A DNA stretch of 64,000 nucleotides, taken from the NCBI GenBank assembly GCA_963831685.1, contig CAWHRJ010000004.1, positions 64,812 through 128,811 on the forward strand, given 5' to 3'. Each line of letters begins with the position of its first letter. Position 1 is the first letter of the stretch. The notes below the pieces were generated by a model. The model ran no database searches. It saw nothing but the letters and a program-made list of their open reading frames with translations, and had not been told where the DNA came from. The translations under genes were made by a program, and so were the position numbers. Source of the stretch: an uncultured Pseudomonadota bacterium. Lineage in GTDB: Bacteria > Myxococcota_A > Polyangia > Fen-1088. Below, piece after piece: positions 10,701 to 18,269 of this stretch.

Positions 10701-11282
10701 ATGCGGCTGATCCAGATCGACGATGTGATCCCGCAGCCGTATCAGGACCAGCTCGAGGCGGAGACGTCTGCCGTCGGTTGGTTTTTTCATAAAGAGACCG
10801 CCCGGCCCGGGCTGGGCTTCGCCCGCAATTACCCGGGATTCTTCCACATGGCCTTCGACGCCGCCTCGCCGGTGGCGGTCACCTCGAACATCAACGCGCT
10901 CTTGGTACCGCTCCTGTTCGTGTCGATGGACAAGGCCAAGTTGAAGTTGAACGACCTCATCCGGGTTCGCCTGGGCATGTTCCCCCAGACGCCGCTGGAC
11001 GTTCCGTATCACAACCCGCACGTCGACTTTTACGATCCCCACCTGGTCGGCCTTTACTACGTCAATGATTCCGACGGCGACACCGTCGTTTTCAACGAGA
11101 CCTCTGACCAGGTGGGGCTCGAACAATCCGCGGCCTACGCCAACCAGGGCAAGTTCACCGAGCTGGCGAGGATCACCCCCAAGAAAGGTCGGATGGTGTT
11201 CTTCGACGGAAGGCACTACCACGCCAGCATGCACCCCAGGTCGCACGCCCAGCGAATTGTGGTCACCTTCAACTTTCGGTAG
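10701..11282 (+). CDS. 2OG-Fe(II) oxygenase superfamily protein
   Basis: ATG lies 4 nt after the upstream stop. Has an HxD motif (HNPHVDF), a distal His (HYHASMHP) and a downstream Arg (RIVVTFNF), consistent with a 2-His-1-carboxylate facial triad plus a 2OG-binding Arg. Confidence 0.6.
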   Translation: MRLIQIDDVIPQPYQDQLEAETSAVGWFFHKETARPGLGFARNYPGFFHMAFDAASPVAVTSNINALLVPLLFVSMDKAKLKLNDLIRVRLGMFPQTPLDVPYHNPHVDFYDPHLVGLYYVNDSDGDTVVFNETSDQVGLEQSAAYANQGKFTELARITPKKGRMVFFDGRHYHASMHPRSHAQRIVVTFNFR

Positions 11283-11312
11283 CCCGACCCACCTCTAGGC
11301 TGAATCGAGCCG

Positions 11313-12650
11313 ATGCCTTTCACGCCCGCCATGGCCGCTGGACTGCGGTGCCCCCGCTGCACCGAGGGAGGAGCGCTGGACCTTGTCGCCAATTCGTTGC
11401 GGTGCCAGACGTGCCAGACGCGGTACCCGTTCGTCGGGACGATCCCCTGCTTGGTGCCGGATCCGCCGCTGTGGCATGCGCTGTGGTTGAATCGGTTGGC
11501 GGAGTTCGTTTCCGATACGCAGGCGACGCTGGCGGAGTGGCGAGCTGCGGCCGACACGCGAGAGAGCCAGCCCCGCACGCGCGCCCGGATCGATCGCGTC
11601 ATCGCCGCTTGCGAAGACCAGCGCGCCCGCGTGGAGGCGCTGTTCGAGGACCTGAGGCAGGGACAGCCCCAGCTTCTGCCCACCCGCCCAGAGTCGGGCA
11701 CCAACCCACTGCTCGAGTTCTCGGAGAATCTCTTTCGCGACTGGGTCTGGGGCGATAGAGAGGCCGAGCTGACCCGGGCTCTGGTCGCGAACCTGGTGGA
11801 CCAGCCCGCGGGACGCCTGGCCGTTTACGGGGCCGGCGCCGGCCGCCTGGCGGTCGACGTGCACCAGTCGCTGGCGTCTGTCGAGACCTGGGCGCTGGAT
11901 CTGAACCCGCTGCCGTTCCTGGTCGGCGAGCGTCTGGTTCGGGGCGAGACCGTGACGCTTCCCGAGTTTCCCGTCGCGCCGCATGGCGAGCGAGACGTGG
12001 TCCTCGAGCGCGAGCTTCGCTGCCCATTTCCGGTGCGGGAGGGGTTCGCCTTCGCGTTCGCGGACGCCTTGCGGCCCCCCTTCGCGCCGGCCTCGCTGGA
12101 CACCGTGTTGACCGCCTGGTTCATCGACGCCACCGGCCGGGACTTTCGGGAGACCGCCGCCGCGGTGAACCGCGTCCTTCGGCCGGGCGGGCTGTGGGTG
12201 AATTTGGGGCCACTGCGCTTCAAAGAGAGCCTGGCCCAGAACTACACCATCGAAGAGATCTGGGACCTGGTCGCGTCCAGCGCATTCGACCTAAGTAAGC
12301 GGGGCCGCGACGACCTCCCGTATTTCGATTCGCCCGTGAGCGGCTCGCGCCGCATCGAGACCGTTTTCTGGTTCGCTGCCCGTAAGTCCGGCGAGGCGGA
12401 GACTTTCCTGTCGTCCGACGACACGCCCCCCTGGATTGCCGACGCCAGCTTGCCGATTCCGATGACGCCAGCGTTGGTCGCCTTCGGACGAAAGTCCGTG
12501 TTTGCCGGCAGCGTCATCTCGTTGATCGACGGCGCCCGGTCCTTGTCGGAGGTGGCCGACGAGATGGGACGCCTCTGGGGGTTCGATTCGGCACGGATCC
12601 TGGACCAACTCCGCGCGTTCTTCGCCACGTTGCCGCTGGACGGCGCATGA
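11313..12650 (+). CDS. SAM-dependent methyltransferase (N2227-like) with N-terminal Zn-ribbon and C-terminal PqqD-like segment
   Basis: CPRC...CQTC ribbon, motif I VYGAGAGRLAVD, an N2227-like block VLTAWFIDATGRDF...VLRPGGLWVNLGPLRF, and a tail SLIDGARSLSEVADEMGRLWGFDSARILDQLRAFFATL. Confidence 0.7.
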   Translation: MPFTPAMAAGLRCPRCTEGGALDLVANSLRCQTCQTRYPFVGTIPCLVPDPPLWHALWLNRLAEFVSDTQATLAEWRAAADTRESQPRTRARIDRVIAACEDQRARVEALFEDLRQGQPQLLPTRPESGTNPLLEFSENLFRDWVWGDREAELTRALVANLVDQPAGRLAVYGAGAGRLAVDVHQSLASVETWALDLNPLPFLVGERLVRGETVTLPEFPVAPHGERDVVLERELRCPFPVREGFAFAFADALRPPFAPASLDTVLTAWFIDATGRDFRETAAAVNRVLRPGGLWVNLGPLRFKESLAQNYTIEEIWDLVASSAFDLSKRGRDDLPYFDSPVSGSRRIETVFWFAARKSGEAETFLSSDDTPPWIADASLPIPMTPALVAFGRKSVFAGSVISLIDGARSLSEVADEMGRLWGFDSARILDQLRAFFATLPLDGA

Positions 12651-13069
12651 GCTCTCGGGCTGACAGCGGCTGCCGGGGGAATGGACCGATTCGCGCCATG
12701 TTCTTGCCGAGGCTCGCAGCGCTGAGCGCGGTGGCCGCCTTGCTGGCGGGAGGGTGCTTGGGCTCGACGGACGACAGGCCGGCCAAGTGGTCCTTCATCT
12801 CGGCGATGATCACCGAACCGAGCTGCGCGACCGTGAACTGTCACTCCCAGATCAGCCAGCGCGCCGGGGTGGATCTGCACGCGCGCGAGATCGGCTACTA
12901 CACGCTGAAGAACGGCTTCTACGTAATCCCGAACGACAGCGCCGATTCGTCGCTGATCTACCTGCTGAATGCGTCCGGATCACTTCGGATGCCGCCCGAC
13001 AATCCTCTGCCAACCGCCGACGTCGTTCTAATCGAGAAGTGGATCGACGACGGCGCGGCCAACGACTGA
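12647..13069 (+). CDS. small PSCyt-like lipoprotein, CX4CH variant
   Basis: ATG overlaps the upstream stop (ATGA). Has lipobox LAGGC, CATVNCH, RMPP, and a C-terminal LIEKWIDDGAAND. Confidence 0.65.
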   Translation: MSSRADSGCRGNGPIRAMFLPRLAALSAVAALLAGGCLGSTDDRPAKWSFISAMITEPSCATVNCHSQISQRAGVDLHAREIGYYTLKNGFYVIPNDSADSSLIYLLNASGSLRMPPDNPLPTADVVLIEKWIDDGAAND

Positions 13070-13081
13070 TTGCGGAGAGAG

Positions 13082-14251
13082 ATGCGACGACGGGTCCTCT
13101 ATGCGGTCGCGGGATGGCTCTTTCTGATGGGCGGGCGGGCGATGGCGTATCCCCAGTTTCAGTTCAGCTCGGGGACCACCCGCTGCAGCCAGTGCCACTA
13201 CGATCCGGCCGGCGGCGGGCTCATCACCGCGTGGGGGCGTGACGAATCAGGCGACACGATCAGCTTGGGCGGCGACGGCGGCTTTGCCCACGGCGCCTGG
13301 ACGCCCCCTTCGTGGCTGGCGCTGGGCGCCGACGTCCGCCTGGCGGCGTTGTACAACGACTCGGGCGGGCCCCAAGGGGTCGAGCTCGACGCGTTTCCCA
13401 TGCAGGCGGACGGGTATGCGCGGTTCGCCTTCACCCAGCAACTGTCCCTGTACGTCCAGGGGGGCTTCCGCGGCGATACGCGGCCGGCGGACGCATCGGT
13501 GGGCGGGCGGTTCAGCACGCTCGGCGATCGGGTGATCTCGAACGAGCACTATCTAATGTGGAAACCGGGGGGCACCGGGCCCTACCTGCGGGCCGGGCGG
13601 TTCTTCACGCCTTACGGCCTGCGGTTCGTCGAGCACATCTACTGGGTCCAGCGCTACACCGGCTACGACCTCTACAACGAGACGTACAACCTGTCCGGGG
13701 GGCTCCTCGAAGAGGAGTGGGACCTGCACGTCTCCGCGTTCACACCTCCCCCCGAGAGCTTCCCCGACGCTTTGCAGTCGGTCGGCCGGCGCGAAAGCGG
13801 CGCGGCCGCCTACGCCGAGAAGCGGTGGGACGGGACCGCGATGCTGGCCCTGCAGGCACGGCTCGGGTTCGGCAGCGAGGTCAACCGGTATCAGGGCGGG
13901 GCCGTCGGCAAGCTGTGGCTGGAGAAGGGGAGGGCGCTGCTGCTGGGTGAGGCGGACGTTATCCGCGCCGTTGTCAGCGCGGCGTCCGCCGGCGAGACCC
14001 AGCTGGTGACGTACCTGGGCATCGACCTCGTCCCCAAACGCGGCTGGATGCTGGGTCTTGCGCACGAGCTTTATCAGGAAGACATCTCCGTGAAGGGGAC
14101 CTCGCACGACGCCTTCGATCTGGAGGTAAACTTCTTCCCCTGGTCGCACTTCGAGCTGCTGGCCTTCGGGCGATATCAATTCACGGGGACGGGCGGCACG
14201 GGCGAACCGTCCGCCTCGATGTTCATGCTGCAGCTCCATTACTACCTGTGA
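13082..14251 (+). CDS. outer-membrane beta-barrel-like protein with N-terminal CxxCH motif (paralog of 55333-56520)
   Basis: Signal peptide ending AMA, then CSQCHYDPAGGGLITAWGRDESGDT. Has alternating beta-strand-like composition and the terminal LQLHYYL. Shares MQAD, LRAGRFxxPYGLRxxEH and LLGEAD with the paralog. An alternative TTG start lies at 13070. Confidence 0.7.
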   Translation: MRRRVLYAVAGWLFLMGGRAMAYPQFQFSSGTTRCSQCHYDPAGGGLITAWGRDESGDTISLGGDGGFAHGAWTPPSWLALGADVRLAALYNDSGGPQGVELDAFPMQADGYARFAFTQQLSLYVQGGFRGDTRPADASVGGRFSTLGDRVISNEHYLMWKPGGTGPYLRAGRFFTPYGLRFVEHIYWVQRYTGYDLYNETYNLSGGLLEEEWDLHVSAFTPPPESFPDALQSVGRRESGAAAYAEKRWDGTAMLALQARLGFGSEVNRYQGGAVGKLWLEKGRALLLGEADVIRAVVSAASAGETQLVTYLGIDLVPKRGWMLGLAHELYQEDISVKGTSHDAFDLEVNFFPWSHFELLAFGRYQFTGTGGTGEPSASMFMLQLHYYL

Positions 14252-14802
14252 GACATCCCATGCGCGCACCTCAGCTCTCCCCAATGCTGTCGGCTCTGGC
14301 GAGCGCCGTGGCAGTTGTCGGGCTCGCGTCGTGCTCGACGACCGTCGCCACCGCCCCGGCAGAGCCCGCCTATGACGTAGACGTGCGCCCGATCCTGATG
14401 GTCCACTGCGCCCGTTGTCACGGGGCGGGCGGCTCTCTCAACGTCCCCACCGAGCCGACGGGACCGGACGCGGCGGTGCTGCCCGGCATCCGGACCCTCG
14501 CCGCCATGTTCCGGTCGTATCGATGTTTCCTGGATAGGTATCCGGAGGACAACGGCCAGTGCGGGTTGGATGGCGGCGCGCGTTCGGCGAGCTGCCAGCT
14601 CGGCGCGCTCTATTGGGCGAAACTCCATTCCATCAGCGCGACGATTGACCAGACCAGCGGTCCGACGCAGATGCCGCCACCCCCGGCGCAGGCGCTCAAC
14701 GACTGGGAAAAGCAGGTCCTCCGCAACTGGGAGGAGAACCCGATCTGCTCGAACTCGCCGAACCCGGATACGACCATCTGTCCGCCCGGCTCGGGCCCCT
14801 GA
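14248..14802 (+). CDS. small CxxCH lipoprotein (PSCyt-like)
   Basis: GTG 14248 overlaps the barrel stop (alternative ATG at 14260). Has lipobox GLASC, RPILMVHCARCHG, QMPPPP and LNDWEKQVLRNWEE. Confidence 0.65.
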   Translation: MRHPMRAPQLSPMLSALASAVAVVGLASCSTTVATAPAEPAYDVDVRPILMVHCARCHGAGGSLNVPTEPTGPDAAVLPGIRTLAAMFRSYRCFLDRYPEDNGQCGLDGGARSASCQLGALYWAKLHSISATIDQTSGPTQMPPPPAQALNDWEKQVLRNWEENPICSNSPNPDTTICPPGSGP

Positions 14803-14830
14803 TATCAACGCGTTGGAATTGGGCGCCCGG

Positions 14831-14853
14831 CCGGGCCCTGCGGGTCCTGCCGG
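14831..14853 (+). repeat. 23-nt GC-rich element ccgggccctgcgggtcctgccgg; direct repeat of 16571-16593
   Basis: 22 of 23 positions are identical to the second copy, in the same orientation. Contains a GGGCCC-tgc-GGGYCC palindrome. Confidence 0.8.
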
Positions 14854-14877
14854 AACGTCGCCACCTATACCGGAACG

Positions 14878-15177
14878 GTGACGGCCTCCGTCGCTACATC
14901 GGAGACGGCAACCCTCTCGCTGGGTGAGGCGGGCTTCAGTATAAGTCCGACGGAGATGGAGACCGACACCACGACCAACGTCAACGGCTGGACGGTGACG
15001 TTCCAGTCCGCATTTGCGGCGACGGTGCAAAGCTCGATCGGGGTCGAGGGTATGCTAGCGGACGATCATCCTACCGCCGACCTTCCGGCCGTCTTCGTCT
15101 TCCAGGACACGGCGTTCGGCACTTTCAGGGCGATGGACGCCGCGCCTCGGAAGCGAAGCTGCCCATCGCACCCGTGA
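14878..15177 (+). CDS. hypothetical ORF (possibly a gene fragment)
   Basis: 99-codon GTG ORF with a moderate G/C third-position bias. No recognisable motif, signal peptide or RBS. Confidence 0.25.
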   Translation: MTASVATSETATLSLGEAGFSISPTEMETDTTTNVNGWTVTFQSAFAATVQSSIGVEGMLADDHPTADLPAVFVFQDTAFGTFRAMDAAPRKRSCPSHP

Positions 15178-15200
15178 TGTTCGGGATCGTCGGGGAGGTC

Positions 15201-16334
15201 TTATCGGACAGAGAACCGGTAGATCGTCGTCTGCGTGTAGCGCTGCCCGGGCCGGAGGGTGGCGCTGGGGAAGGTGGGGTGGTTGGGCGCGTCGGGGAAG
15301 CGCTGCGCTTCGAGGCAGAGCGCCCCCCGGCGCCCGTACGCAACGCCCCCCTTGCCGTGGATGGTGCCGTCGAGGAAGTTGCCCGAGTAGAACTGCAGCC
15401 CCGGCTGGTCGGTGAGGACCTGCATGACGATGCCGCTACGGGCGTCGTAGACCTCGGCGACTTGTCGGAGCCGTCCCCGCGTGCCCCGCAGCACCCAGTT
15501 GTGGTCGTAGCCCTTGCCGAGGACCAGCTGCGGGTCGGCGGCGTCGATGCGCGCGCCGATCTTGATGGGCTGGCGGAAGTCGAGCGGCGTCCCTTTGACG
15601 TCGGCCAGCTTCCCGGTCGGAATGAGGCCCGCGCCCACGGCGGTCGTCTGATCGGCGTCGAGGGTCAGCTCTTCGTCGAGGATCGTCTGCGACGGGTCAC
15701 CGCTGAGGTTGAAGTACGAGTGGTGCGTCGGGTTGAGGATGGTCGGCTTGTCGGTCGCGCCGCGGTAGTCGACGCGGAGGGCGTCGTCGCGCGTGAGCGT
15801 GTAGGTCACGGTCAGCGTCACCTTGCCCGGATAGCCGTCCTCGCCGTCCGGGCTCACATAGGTGAGCGCGACGCCGGGTCCGTCCTTGCCCTTGACCAGC
15901 TTCGCCTGCCAGAGCTTCTTGTAGAAGCCGCCCGCGCCGCCGTGCAGGTGGTTGGGGCCGTCGTTCAGATCGAGCTGATACGTCTTTCCGTCGAGTGTGA
16001 ACTTGCCGGCGGCGATGCGGTTCGCGTAGCGGCCGACGGTGGCGCCGAGGAACACCTTGTCCTTCACGTAGCCGGCGAGATCGTCGTAACCGAGCACGAC
16101 GTCGCGCAACGTCCCCGCGCGGTCCGGTACCTTCAGCGACACGACGATGGCGCCGTAGTCGATGATCTTCACCTCGGCGCCGGACGGGTTGGTGAGGGTG
16201 AAGAGGTTGACCTGGCGCCCGTCCTCGAGCGTGCCGAACGGCGTCTCGGCGACCGCGGGTGCGGCCTTCTTGCTCGCCCGCGCGATGAGCGGAAGCGCGG
16301 CGACGAGCACCAGCGTGAATGCGATCGTTCTCAT
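15201..16334 (-). CDS. galM: aldose 1-epimerase (galactose mutarotase), secreted
   Basis: Motifs LHGGAGGF, THHSYFNLSG and CLEAQRFPD. Signal peptide MRTIAFTLVLVAALPLIARA. The track ORF extends to 16364; the ATG at 16334 fits the signal peptide better. Confidence 0.9.
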   Translation of the reverse strand: MRTIAFTLVLVAALPLIARASKKAAPAVAETPFGTLEDGRQVNLFTLTNPSGAEVKIIDYGAIVVSLKVPDRAGTLRDVVLGYDDLAGYVKDKVFLGATVGRYANRIAAGKFTLDGKTYQLDLNDGPNHLHGGAGGFYKKLWQAKLVKGKDGPGVALTYVSPDGEDGYPGKVTLTVTYTLTRDDALRVDYRGATDKPTILNPTHHSYFNLSGDPSQTILDEELTLDADQTTAVGAGLIPTGKLADVKGTPLDFRQPIKIGARIDAADPQLVLGKGYDHNWVLRGTRGRLRQVAEVYDARSGIVMQVLTDQPGLQFYSGNFLDGTIHGKGGVAYGRRGALCLEAQRFPDAPNHPTFPSATLRPGQRYTQTTIYRFSVR

Positions 16335-16570
16335 GGTCTCGGCAAGGTCCTTTGCGCCACGCATACAAGGGAACAGTCTGCCGCGTCAATTCCTGTTATG
16401 GGACCCGTGCTGGCTACATCAGCCATCCGGAATCGCCAGGGATCACGCGGCCCTTCGGTAGTCGTGATTACAGAAGGTCCCCGTCGTGTCGATGCTGTCG
16501 AAACCGCAACAGGGCTGGCCCTTGCCACCGCACGCTTGGGGCGCTCCGTCAACCCCTCCCCCTGCCTTTC

Positions 16571-16593
16571 CCGGGCCCTGCGGGCCCTGCCGG
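16571..16593 (+). repeat. 23-nt GC-rich element ccgggccctgcgggccctgccgg; direct repeat of 14831-14853
   Basis: See the first copy. Lies immediately 3' of the stop of the minus-strand gene 16595-17917. Confidence 0.8.
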
Positions 16594-16594
16594 G

Positions 16595-17917
16595 TCACGA
16601 ACCACTGGGCCAGACGATCTGGATTCCGTTGACCGGAGCGCGCGTCTGCGGGCCGGTTCCGGGGGTTGCCGTCAAGGTGAACGACGCTCCGGTCACTCTG
16701 CGGAAGATGACGTAGTTGCCGGACCCGCCCGAGGGTGCCAGCGTGTACCCGGGAAAGGTGGTCGACGTCGTCGGCCCGGTCTGCGAAACGGTCACGGTGG
16801 TGGTGCCAATCGCGTACTGGTACGTGCGCGTTACGCTCTGCGGGATATCGCCGAAGCAGTAAACGTACACGTCGTAGCCGTTCGCAATTGCCGCGGGCAG
16901 CCCGCTGACCTTGACCGTCGCGGGGGATGCAGCCGCCGACGGATCGAGGTACCCGTTCATCATTCGCGTGTCGCCGGGCGCGTCCGTGAAGATGTTGCTC
17001 CAGTCACCCAAATTTGTGCCCACGGCCGGTGAGTTCCAGGTGACCGTCGCGGCCGTCGCGCTGCCGTTCGACTGATGCAGATTGGCGAGCGTTCCCATGA
17101 CGCTGCCGGCGCCGTTCCAGTTCATGACCGGCTTGACGCCGGCGGTCTCCGTGGGGCCCATCGCGGGGTCGGGGACGTCTGCCCCTCCGGCGGTCGCGGG
17201 GCGGCCGCCGACGAAATCAATGCTGATGATGACCGGGCCGCTGCCGGCCGATCCGCCCTGGCCCGCGGTCCCGCCGGCACCGCCCTGGCCGCCGCGGCCA
17301 GCCGCGCCGCCGGTGCCCGCCCCTCCGGTTCCGCCACCGCTGCCGCCGGTGGACACACCGCCCGTGCCGCCAGAGCCACCACCGGTCCCCTGGCCACCGG
17401 TCCCCGCACCGCCGGTACCCACACCGCCGGCCCCGCCGCCGGTACCCGCACCGCCGGTCCCGCCGCCGGTGCCCGCACCGCCGGTCCCGCCGCCGGTGCC
17501 CAGGCCGCCGGTACCCGCGCCGCCGGTACCCGCACCGCCGGTCCCGCCGCCGGTACCCGCACCGCCGGTCCCGCCGCCGGTGCCCAGGCCGCCGGTACCC
17601 GCACCGCCGGTACCCGCACCGCCGGTCCCGCCGCCGGTGCCCAGGCCGCCGCCGCTCGCGCCAGATCCACCGCTGCCTTTCCCGCCCGAACCACCGCTGG
17701 CGGCGCCTCCCGAACCCGACAGTTGTCCGCCCGTGCCAGACCCGCCGCTGCCGCCGGCACCACCGCTGTGACCTCCGGTCAGCGATGAACCCCCGTCCGA
17801 CAACGAGTCGCCGGGAGCCTCCATGCCGCGATTGGCGCAGGCACCGAAACCGACGACGGGCGCGATCAGCAGCACCGTTGCGAAGCAGTGGCAGAACGAG
17901 GTCTTCATCGGGGGCAT
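16595..17917 (-). CDS. secreted lipoprotein with long GTGGx pentapeptide repeat linker and C-terminal globular domain of unknown function
   Basis: Signal peptide with lipobox (GFGAC). About 180 aa of GTGG(A/L/G/S) repeats, then about 210 aa of non-repetitive beta-rich sequence. Confidence 0.75.
   Translation of the reverse strand: MPPMKTSFCHCFATVLLIAPVVGFGACANRGMEAPGDSLSDGGSSLTGGHSGGAGGSGGSGTGGQLSGSGGAASGGSGGKGSGGSGASGGGLGTGGGTGGAGTGGAGTGGLGTGGGTGGAGTGGGTGGAGTGGAGTGGLGTGGGTGGAGTGGGTGGAGTGGGAGGVGTGGAGTGGQGTGGGSGGTGGVSTGGSGGGTGGAGTGGAAGRGGQGGAGGTAGQGGSAGSGPVIISIDFVGGRPATAGGADVPDPAMGPTETAGVKPVMNWNGAGSVMGTLANLHQSNGSATAATVTWNSPAVGTNLGDWSNIFTDAPGDTRMMNGYLDPSAAASPATVKVSGLPAAIANGYDVYVYCFGDIPQSVTRTYQYAIGTTTVTVSQTGPTTSTTFPGYTLAPSGGSGNYVIFRRVTGASFTLTATPGTGPQTRAPVNGIQIVWPSGS
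17233..17782 (-). repeat. coding 15-nt periodic repeat (GTGGx) with a higher-order unit of about 90 nt
   Basis: ggtacccgcaccgccggtcccgccgccggtgcccaggccgcc... recurs almost exactly (around 17481 and around 17566). Confidence 0.8.
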
Positions 17918-18269
17918 CCTGGCGCGAACCGCCGCCGAATCGCCGGTGACGGATCGCCGGTCTGAAAACGTCGGGCCGACGTATCTCCGTGTCGGGCCGG
18001 GCAGACCGGCGTGCTTTAGGAAACTATCTTAACATTTGCGGGTGAGACCTGTCCAGCGGCCGCTGTTGATAACGAATGTTGCGAATGTTTTGGTGGCGCC
18101 TCTCCTGGAGGAATCACGGAACGCCCCAATCTCGGCCAATGACGCGGTGAGACCAGCATCTTGAACGGCGTGTCCTGCACAATAAGCGGGCGGTCTCGGC
18201 AGTTAGGTACGACGGCACTCGCGCGTTCCGACCACGCGGGAAGTCGTCCAGCCCACCTGGAGAGAACCG

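Noticed and set aside
17233-17782. Highly periodic DNA that could suggest a CRISPR or satellite array. Similar periodic regions occur at 6570-6782, 19800-20250, 47215-47605 and 51780-52245.
   Set aside because: The periods are 15-24 nt with no unique spacers. All arrays lie inside ORFs and encode Gly-rich linkers. No cas genes are present.
18074-18089. Direct repeat GAATGTT-gc-GAATGTT in the divergent promoter region between 16595-17917 and the fucosidase gene.
   Set aside because: It is short and unique in the window. It could be an operator but cannot be distinguished from chance.
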